Below, piece after piece: positions 1 to 8,267 of a stretch of DNA of 64,000 nt. The notes under the pieces are model-generated. The model made no database searches, had not been told where the DNA came from, and saw only the letters and a list, made by a program, of their open reading frames with translations. Numbering within the stretch: position 1 is the stretch's first letter; each line of letters starts with the position of its first letter. The position numbers and the translations under genes were made by a program. The DNA is from Epithemia pelagica. Its lineage: Eukaryota > Protista > Bacillariophyta. Location of the stretch: the NCBI GenBank assembly GCA_946965045.2, contig OX337237.1, positions 1,612,001 through 1,676,000 of the forward strand, read 5' to 3'.

Positions 1-126
1 ATCCTCAGTAGAGGCTAAAGCAACAGCTGCGGCAGCCAAAAAGCGCAGTGTCTCCTTAACTCTCCTCCTCTTGGTTCGTCTATCAACAGAGGACTCGTTC
101 GATGAATCGGTGTCGTAATCGTTCAT
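1..126 (-). CDS. N-terminus of an ORF inside the putative Harbinger element (truncated by window edge)
   Basis: ATG at 126 reads MNDYDTDSSNESSVDRRTKRRRVKETLRFLAAAAVALASTED with no stop to position 1. Too short to assign a family. Confidence 0.35.
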   Translation of the reverse strand, partial: MNDYDTDSSNESSVDRRTKRRRVKETLRFLAAAAVALASTED

Positions 127-363
127 TGTCGAGGAACAATGACACAAAGGACGAGAAACAAATGAGGCGGAGAAATTTATCCCTAATGCGATTTCAGGTT
201 GGAAGGTTGGTTTGGAGGGTTAAAAAAATTACAAAACCTGCGCTCAGGTTTTGTCGATGCAAAACCTGAAATGACAGAAAACCCGGATTTGACGTCATAT
301 TTCCGGGTTTTTTGTGACGTGTCACGCTTCAGGTTTGGTTTTGTCGATGCTATAGGAATGGCC
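1..363 (-). mobile_element. Probable 5' end of a PIF/Harbinger-like DNA transposon (continues off the window start)
   Basis: On the minus strand the sequence reads TTA|GGCCATTCCTATAGCATCGACAAAAC (GGCC at 360-363, TAA at 364-366), matching the GGCC terminus and TAA/TTA target typical of PIF/Harbinger. Subterminal motif GGTTTTGTCGATGC occurs twice (247-260, 337-350), and there is an inverted repeat at 245-252/261-268. The second TIR is not in the window. Confidence 0.4.
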
Positions 364-1137
364 TAACGCGCCAATTTTGCGATCAGTCATGACGTCAGCA
401 ATCCTGTTTTCGTTTTGTCGAGGTCAAGGGACAGCCTGACTACTCCCAAGCGCCGGTTGATCTGTGAATCCCGCCTGAGTCGGAGAAAATGTCGAATGAG
501 TAATGAAAAAAAAAGCAAAAAAAACCAGTCTATTATAACGCTGCCGCACGTACCCGCTAGGGTAACGCGCCGGGCCTTGGGAGCTACCCAAGGCGAGGAC
601 TAACTCCATACCAGACTGTGTAGGTAGTTCGTCTCACATTTTTATACTACAGTAGGAATTTTTTGTACGACCGGGAAGTAGTTTCGTGCGAGTCGCGCGG
701 TTTCCCTCTCGTGTGTGACACTTGTGTGACACTTGTGTGACACTTTGTGACATGGCTTCCAGGAATTTCTCACTACCTACACAGCTTGATAGGGAGTAAG
801 TTTACTACTTCCCTGTGTCTGGCCCTGGGATCTGTAATCGACCTTATTTCGCCTAGAGTACTAGTATCGAGTACAGCCCTAATGTGAGAGTACGAGTATC
901 GAGTACCTACTTCTGTACTCATACATGTTCGAGTACGAGTACCCAGCCACTCCTGACTGTACGAGTACGAGTATCAATGATTACTCGTCCATCGAATGTA
1001 TAGAGAGTACGAGTATCGAGTATATACTCGCAAGTATTCCACTATACTCGAGTATTACTTGCACGAATCCCGCTATGGTAGTCACGAGTCGTACTACGTG
1101 CTAGGCCGGCTAGTTTTTCATTTTAGCCGTGCCGATT

Positions 1138-1341
1138 TGTCCCCACTTTTTATGCTCTTTTTCCTTCACATGCAATTCGTCCCCACTTTTCTCGCTCTCT
1201 GCTTCATCCTATTTTGTCCTCACTTTTCCTGCTCTTTCCTTCACATGCACTTCGTCCCCACTTTTCTCGCTCTCTGCTTCATCCTATTTTGTCCTCACTT
1301 TTCCTGCTCTTTCCTTCACATGCACTTCGTCCCCACTTTTC
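1138..1341. repeat. 75-bp tandem repeat, ~2.4 copies
   Basis: TTCCTTCACATGCA(A/C)TTCGTCCCCACTTTT... restarts at 1161, 1236 and 1311. Confidence 0.85.
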
Positions 1342-1742
1342 TTTCTATCCTTTTCATCGCCATTTGTCCCCACCTAGCCTGCTCCTTTTGTCACTCAGGG
1401 ATCAGGGAATCTACGTACAAGCCACATTTCACAACTAAACATCTACCTAAAATCCAAGTATATCGTCTCCTTCTTACAACATGATCCACCTCCTCTCATT
1501 TACAGCTAGGTTTACGTCCTCTTCATTGTTTTGGGTCTTGGGAGAAACCAGAGTGTTACAGGGCATAGCATTGTTCAATACATTGTTGCGACGAGGTCAT
1601 GTGGACGTGAGTCTTTATTGACAATCCATGTCAAATGTCAAGGCAAGTTCTTCCATGGAAGAGGTGGAGAGATCTTGGGTGGGGTATCGCAACTAAGTTT
1701 CCACTCAAGTTTGATTCCGCTGAAGAACCATCAAGGCCACCA

Positions 1743-2082
1743 TTTTGTGGGTCCATCAAAGGAGCCACCGATGTGCTTGGTGCTGTACTACTGGGAACTG
1801 GGTGTCGGGACAGGTAAGAGTGTCCTGCATGGTATCAGTGAATGGTGTTGGTTGGTCAGGTCTACAGTTGTTTTTGTTGGTCACCTTTTGTGGGTCCATC
1901 GAAGGAGCCGCCGATGTGCTTGTTGTACCACTGGGTACACAGGTACTCGTGCTGAGCGTGTCCTGCATGGTATCAGTGAATAATGGAGGAGTGCAGTGTT
2001 GGTTGGTCTACAGTTGCTTCTCTTGGCCACCTTCTGTGGGTGCATCAATGGAGCCGCCAATGTGCTTGGTGTACCACTGCTG
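1743..2082. repeat. ~145-bp degenerate tandem repeat, ~2.4 copies
   Basis: TT(T/C)TGTGGGT(C/G)CATC..GGAGCC.CC.ATGTGCTT restarts at 1743, 1886 and 2032. Confidence 0.75.
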
Positions 2083-3829
2083 ATGCACCATCCATATCGT
2101 CTACAGCTAGATTGATCTCCTCTTCATCTTCGCTAATAGAACTCTTCGGGTTCTCCTCATCTGCCGAGTCTAGAGTCATGGTTGGGCCGGCATCATCTTC
2201 AGTTTCTGCCACTTTATATTTGGCATCAAAGGGTGTCTACTGCGCAAGATATCACATGATCGTCGTTTCTGGGTGGGCTGTCAGTACTGGCGAGGCCGCA
2301 GCGGGCAATGTGGCCACCACCAAGGCGAGCGTATGTGACACGACAGTCACCGAAGGCCACACTAGCTACACCATGGACGATGAGACTGTTGTTGTTGTCT
2401 CATTGGAATCCACACCAACAAACGGTGTGTACAAGCACAGTGCCAATGCCAGGAACAGGGCGAGTGTCATACTCAAGAAGGATCCCCACACATGACTACG
2501 GGCCAATCCACCTCATCCAGTCTGGGGTTGTTGGTATTGTTGGTATTGTTTGTGTGGATGGCATGGAGGAGGTGGTTGTTGTCGCATTCGTTGTTGGTGG
2601 CGGCAAGCCATGGGGCTTTAAGTGATGATGAGCATGATTGGTGTGATTGGAAGTGTTGTGGCGTGAAGGTGAAAAGCGAGACGAAGCAGGACCACCAGCA
2701 CCACCATTGGTATGATGATTGTGATGAGTGGTGGAACAGTTGGAGGATCCATCGTGTGGTGGCAAAACATGATTGGGAGATTGGTGCGCGGATGGTGGCG
2801 GCACTCGTTCCGGATTTTCAGTTTCAGGATGAGGAGGAGCGGTTCCAACGGTCCAACAACAACAATATTCCCGTCGTCCGGCTGGGACTTGTTCCAGAAC
2901 CAAACTGGTCCAGGGGACCACACATCCAAGAAGGCCATGGCCGCCACTGCGAACCACGGAATGCCCAAGGGACGACGCCACCAGTACAATAACGAGGAGG
3001 ATGCTGTTGCCGTGGCAGTAATGCCGGCGCCAAAGCGAGACGTCGTGGCGGGTACCATTCAGTCTCCTCCACCTCAAACAAAGAACCCAGGGGTCGTTGT
3101 TGTGTGGCAGTATTGTTTGTGGAGGAATCGTCGTCGTAGCCCAGACCCCAGAGGGGACGACGACGACGACGAGGCCCAGGGAGGAGGACTGCTATCCAGA
3201 TAGTCCTTGCTGGTACATGCCAGTTGTCCGTCTGCTTGTTGATGACAAGCTGCCGCAAACTAGGGATGAACCACTGGAGCAGATCCTCCCACGGCTCCTT
3301 GACCAAAGAAACTCATAGAAAAGGTTGTTGTAGTTGTTGAAAACCAAAACTCATTTTCAAACCACAAGGACATTTGCTCCCATAGTAATGATGGAGGAGA
3401 ATGAGGCATTGATTGTCTTGCCATTCTTGTGAGTGGCCCAATACCGGATTGTCCCAAATCTTGAATCCTTTTGTGACTGCTGAGACAAGACCATTGAGCC
3501 ATGGGTTTGGACAATCCCACACAGTCAGCGAGTTGACAAATGATGGTAAATGGAGTAGAGCGATGCATCAAATCTTCAGTCCTCATGACCATAGAGTCAA
3601 AAATGGAATTGGTTGGCCTGGCCAGCAATCGACCTTGGGCCCACTCATGAAACTTGGTGATTCAATGAACAGAAATTGGGCAAGAGTTTGCAAATCACCG
3701 CAGGTTGAAATTGAATCCATTCCAGGGATCGTAAGTGTGTTGTTCTTCATTGAATCGGCTGGAACAGACGACTCTGTCCGACAAACAGAAAGGCTATGGA
3801 TGATGGACGAGGTAGGATAGAGGATGGTC

Positions 3830-3890
3830 GATGATCGATGGTTGATGGTTGATGGTTGATGGTTGATGGTTGGGATGGTCGATGGTCGAG
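3830..3890. repeat. (GATGGTT)n minisatellite
   Basis: About five near-perfect GATGGTT units plus degenerate flanking units. Confidence 0.8.
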
Positions 3891-4376
3891 GGTTCATGAG
3901 TGATGATACAAAAGAAATAGGTGCAAATGGGGGGACAAACCATGCGCATAGAAAATACTCGAGTACGATGAAGTAACACTCGAGTATTACTCGGGTATTG
4001 GATGTAGCTCGAGTACGAGTAGAGAGTATGTACTTGCCGAACTACGAATCCATGAGTACGAGTACACGAGTAATACTCGACAAGAAAGTAAGAGTATCGA
4101 GTAATTACTTGTATGTCAAAATTGGAGGAAGTACGAGTATTTTAGCACCAATACTCGAGTATTACTCGAGTATTATGCTCGGTACTCGTACTCGATTACA
4201 GATCCCAGGTCTGGCCGTCCTCTCGCGTCGGGCGCGCCCGGCTTGTCGGGAGAATGACTCGACGGGCAATTGTCTTGTCCGGCGTGCGCCCTCCTCGACC
4301 ATTGCCCTCCTCGTCATTCTACCCTCCGCGCCGGGCGGTCCCTCCTTGAAAGGACTCGACACCGGGAAGTATTAAT

Positions 4377-5265
4377 ACTAACTAAGGGAAAAGCCAGTAG
4401 AAGGTTAGGTTGCCTGTGCCACTGAGTAAACACTGAGTGAATAATAACAGGGCGCCATGCGAGAAGCCAGGAACGGATAGCAACAGAGGTGGTGTCGATT
4501 GCGAGATGGGCAGAAACGGAGGTGTAGAAAAGATCTTGATCCTGAGAGCGAACGCGATCACGGAGAGCATAAACTTCTTCTAGTTCGCGGGTAGCTTGAG
4601 CGAGAGCGGCAGCTTCGCGAGTCGATGCAGTGGAACCGTGAGTGCATTCATTCCGGAGTTTCCAAAGTCGATGTGCATGCTCGAAAATAATCTTAATGGA
4701 ACCAGTAACAAAATGATGTCCACGAAGAGTTGTCGGAAAAGATTCAGACTGGCAATGGGAGTCTTGTATTTCTGCCCACAAAGTTGAAAACCGTCTAAAG
4801 AAGAGCTGGTCCAAACCAATCTGCATTTGGGACTGAAGAAGGCGATACAAGGGTGAAGTGACGGGCAATGGAGAGGGGTCAGTATTGGAAATCCAAGCGT
4901 AAAGGAGATGATGGAGAAGGTCTCGAAGAGAGTGGTGAATTGAATGTTCCATCCAGAACGAGAGCAGTTGATCGAACATGGCTCCCACCCATTGACGGTT
5001 TGGGCAACGGAGAAAGTGAGTGCGAGTTTCAAGACAAGGAGTCGGGCAAGATGGACAGTCTTCGGAGTAGAAAGTGGCATATCGGGACTTGAGCGCTCCA
5101 AGTGGCAACCAGTTATGGATATACTTGATAACAAAGGTACGACGGTGAAAGTTGGCTCTGATAGCACGACCATGACTAATCCAATCGACTTCCGACGACA
5201 AACCAAGCTGCCAGCCATTGCGGTGAGTAATGAGTATACAATGCCCTTTTTAAGTGCGACTCAAA
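4377..5265 (-). mobile_element. 3' fragment of a non-LTR retrotransposon (LINE ORF2 C-terminal zinc-knuckle region)
   Basis: ORF 4314-5201 contains VDW..HGRAI, FVIKYIHNWLPLG, CPSC-x5-ETRTHFLRC, Q..IG..QLF.RRFS..W and LWKLRNECTHG, the pattern typical of L1/Tx1/Ambal-like ORF2 C-termini. No RT or endonuclease domain is present. Confidence 0.75.
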
Positions 5266-5601
5266 ACTAGCCCCGCGCTTGAGAGTAAATGCTCAACGTC
5301 AACTTCAAATTCGAAGTAGTGCAAGCGATACGAGTATAATGGCCCATACTCGTACGAGTACTCATAGTAGTGTACGAGTACTCTCCGGAACCGAAGGCCC
5401 AACCAGATTTATCGTCAATCACAGCATTCATTTTCTCATTTTCTTTAAGTACGAGTTAAATGAGCTGCCCCTCATTGGGTTACTTTAAATAAAATAATGA
5501 GAAATGACTGTGTAGTAGTACGAGGTACGAGAACAGTTTCGGGGTAGCCGCAAACGAAACTCACCACTCACCATATTTTGGTGAAAGCGCGCTCACCCTT
5601 C

Positions 5602-6182
5602 CTATAAAACCACAATCATACTACAATCGGAGTTCGAACTGGACAAACCGCCTTCTCTACGAATGAGATGAGCCTGTAGGAATCCCTCTTGTTCACATGT
5701 TTTCTTTGTCTCCCTATGGTTGATTGCTGATTGTCTTGAATGTTGGGCTTTCATGGACCTCCACTTCATCTCGTAGATGGATGCTTTGGCCGTGCTTGGA
5801 CGGCTGCGGCAGTGAGTCTCCTGGAGCAAAGGGTGCATTGCAGATTGTGGTCCGTCCAATAAGAGAGTTCTTGGGTGCAAGCCTGACTGGGACTGTGCCC
5901 CATCCGAAATGACATTTGTCATGCTCGACATGGACAAGGAGGAGTATGCCAAGGATCGTTCCATTGAAGGATCCTCATTGCATGGGACTTGCCGCTGCTA
6001 AGGGACGCTGGCATTGAGGTGGTTGTGTTGATGGGTACTATTTCAACTCGTTCAGCTTGTTTGCATTCTTGCTGCTGTTGTGTATCTACCAATGGAGCTA
6101 GGAAACGCAGGAAGGCTGCCGCTGTGAATTCAACAGCATTTTCAGGTCTCACTTTGTTCAAATGGGAGCCAGCCTGAGACAT
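5602..6182 (-). pseudogene. Possible frameshifted hypothetical ORF (5919-6182 then 5602-5964)
   Basis: Two overlapping minus-strand ORFs in different frames with protein-like composition. No recognisable domain. Confidence 0.2.
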
Positions 6183-6460
6183 CGAACTCTATGCGCTCAG
6201 CTTTAGCCACTCCAACAATCACAAAGGGACAGAAAGAATGGCGGCCCGTGATCGACAATCTCCAACGTGAAATCAGTCTTTCAGTTTTAGCGGGGGGACC
6301 AAGCAAGAATTGTTTGAAGAGATTGGGTTTCGATTGTCTCAAACCCTCGTTAAGTTTCTTCGATCGGACACCTGCCCCACGGCGCCCCCGAAAGACCCGA
6401 ATTTGCGGAGTGGGTGACGTACTGGGATAGTAGCTCGATGTATCGTTTAACCTACGGAAA

Positions 6461-6923
6461 TGTTCAAAATAATGAGATATGGTCAGTGAATGAAGAAGTG
6501 CGACCAATATTCGGAACCGGCATTCGGAAGTAGAAGATTCGACCGACAAGAGACGAGTACCATCGTTATTTCAAACAGAACAAATGAACCAATGGGCCGA
6601 CCAAGTCTCATTTGGAGCAACGCGTCATCAACAATAACGGCCCAAACAAGTCCAATACATAGAGAAACGAGATCCTATGGCATCCCATAACAGTCGTCGT
6701 CTAAACATTCTGACAGGCAAGAACGGGCTGGACGACGATACATAGGAAACCAAGATTGCAACAAGATCGCAAAAAGATCTCCAATCTACTTTATCCAACG
6801 GCCGATGATCCAACGGATCACAGCCATCGCTACGAGTAGAAGTAAAAGACTAAGCACACAACTTAACTTTGTTTTACACGGGTTGAGCTCGTTCTTGTTG
6901 CCCACGGTAGCAGGAAAACAACA
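6461..6923 (+). repeat. 5' LTR
   Basis: TGTTCAAAAT...GGAAAACAACA, matches 12291-12753. Confidence 0.95.
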
Positions 6924-6948
6924 CGCTTCCTCTGCGCTGTTTACAGCT
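6922..6948 (+). other. Putative primer-binding site complementary to the 5' end/D-arm of initiator tRNA-Met
   Basis: Reverse complement is AGCTGTA-AACA-GCGCAGAGGAAGCGTG. The eukaryotic initiator tRNA D-arm consensus is GCGCAGNGGAAGCGTG. No TGG (anti-CCA) follows the LTR. Confidence 0.6.
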
Positions 6949-6974
6949 AAAACGTTGTCAATTCATCATCCACC

Positions 6975-8231
6975 ATGGCCGCAAATTTTGCCCTTTCACC
7001 CGCTCATGCCAACGCCAATCAAGTGATCAACTTCACGACGGCAGGAGGAGCGAAGTTTTACAAGCAAGCGATTCGCGGATTATACGATAGCGGAGATCTC
7101 TACGACCTTGAAGCCGACGGACTCAAGACGTTCCTTGATACTCTCCAAGACAGGATCGTTGAACAAAACTGGACTTCGATCTTTGCAATTCCAGAAGCGA
7201 TCGCTGCCCCCAACGCCAATCTTCGTTTGCTCACCAGCGAGTACGGTCGCGTCTCCTTGCAACAAGTCCGTGCCTATGTTGAACACTTCAATGGAGCCAA
7301 TCGTCAGACACAGAATGCATACATGGCATACACTTGCATTATGGCATCACTTACCGACGACGCTAAAGCACAGGTCAATATTCGACGCGAAGACTTCACT
7401 ATCGATGGGCGTGGTTCCGGACCCCTTCTCCTCAAGGTTTTGATCTCGTTGGCACATGTGGACACTGAAGCCACCGTTATGGTTCTACGCCAACGCTTGG
7501 CTGACCTTCACATCTATATTATGGATGTGAACGCGGACATCGCCAAGTTTAACTTCTATGTAGACGAGACTCTTCGGGCTCTCAACGCGCGCGGCGAGCA
7601 GACGCTCGACCTTCTACCGAATCTATTTAAGGCCTACGAAACCGTGAACGACGATAACTTTCTCGAGTTCATTCGTCGCAAGAAGAACGCATATGAAGAA
7701 GGAGACAATCCAGGACTGACCCCGCGTCAACTAATGAGCGTTGCTCGCACCAAGTACCAGACGCTCGTGGAACAGAAGAAATGGCAGGCTCTCTCGGCAC
7801 GCGACCAGAAATTGATCGCACTTGAAGCATCCGTGAATAAACTCAAGGAACAGAAACGCAAGACTAACCCCACTGACCAGAAGAAACAGACAAACAAAGG
7901 GAAGACGGACAAGGCAACTGACAACGATAAGGCCTGGCTTACGGTGGGACCAAAGAGTGGTCAGTCCGAGACGAAGGAAGTCAACGGAAAAATGTGGTAC
8001 TGGTGCAAGTGGCACGGAAAGTGGTCGACCAATAAAAACCACACGTCCGCAACGTGTAACGGACGTGGTCTGACAGGAGATAAGAAACGGGCCTACGACA
8101 CAGCACACGAGAACAAAGATGATACTACGTCCGAGAACACGGGAACGAACCCAGGACTCCGCCTTGCTAGCGCCCTAGCCGGTGCTACCCACGATGAAGA
8201 CGATGACAGCGACAACAGCACCGACGAATGA
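6975..8231 (+). CDS. gag: Copia Gag (418 aa)
   Basis: Long ORF right after the PBS, with a C-terminal knuckle WYWC-x2-H-x8-H-x4-C, an acidic tail and a TGA stop at 8229-8231. Confidence 0.9.
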   Translation: MAANFALSPAHANANQVINFTTAGGAKFYKQAIRGLYDSGDLYDLEADGLKTFLDTLQDRIVEQNWTSIFAIPEAIAAPNANLRLLTSEYGRVSLQQVRAYVEHFNGANRQTQNAYMAYTCIMASLTDDAKAQVNIRREDFTIDGRGSGPLLLKVLISLAHVDTEATVMVLRQRLADLHIYIMDVNADIAKFNFYVDETLRALNARGEQTLDLLPNLFKAYETVNDDNFLEFIRRKKNAYEEGDNPGLTPRQLMSVARTKYQTLVEQKKWQALSARDQKLIALEASVNKLKEQKRKTNPTDQKKQTNKGKTDKATDNDKAWLTVGPKSGQSETKEVNGKMWYWCKWHGKWSTNKNHTSATCNGRGLTGDKKRAYDTAHENKDDTTSENTGTNPGLRLASALAGATHDEDDDSDNSTDE

Positions 8232-8267
8232 CAACCAAACCCGGGATGGTTCCCCGGGCTGCACGAC

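Larger units (their letters stand above)
825..4208. mobile_element. Non-autonomous TIR DNA transposon, 8-bp TSD (hAT-like), carrying decayed cargo sequence
   Basis: Perfect 17-bp TIRs CTGGGATCTGTAATCGA (825-841) and TCGATTACAGATCCCAG (4192-4208). Exact 8-bp TSD GTCTGGCC at 817-824 and 4209-4216. Dense GAGTAC/GTACTC subterminal arrays at ~860-1100 and ~3955-4192. No transposase motif recognised inside. Confidence 0.85.
803..4374. mobile_element. ~180 bp MITE (TA-terminated TIRs) split by the 825-4208 insertion
   Basis: TACTACTTCCCTGTGTC (803-819) and GACACCGGGAAGTATTA (4358-4374) are inverted repeats matching at 15/17. Removing 825-4208 and one TSD copy leaves ~180 bp. Confidence 0.45.

Noticed and set aside
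996-1484. ORFs 996-1484, 1129-1377, 1214-1438, 3998-4375
   Set aside because: They are translations of subterminal GAGTAC arrays and the 75-bp tandem repeat, not plausible proteins.
1500-1760. Faint Ulp1-protease-like wording in a minus-strand frame of the cargo
   Set aside because: The catalytic motifs are not convincing and the frame has multiple stops.
5267-5547. Possible small TIR element (CTAGCCCCG / CGGGGTAG)
   Set aside because: The arms are only 8-9 bp, imperfect, and have no TSD.
6490-6813. Short ORFs within both LTRs
   Set aside because: They are duplicated only because the LTRs are identical; no coding signal.
6922-6948. Annotating a tRNA gene at the PBS
   Set aside because: Only ~27 nt of antisense similarity; no cloverleaf. 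No tRNA or rRNA genes were recognised in the window.
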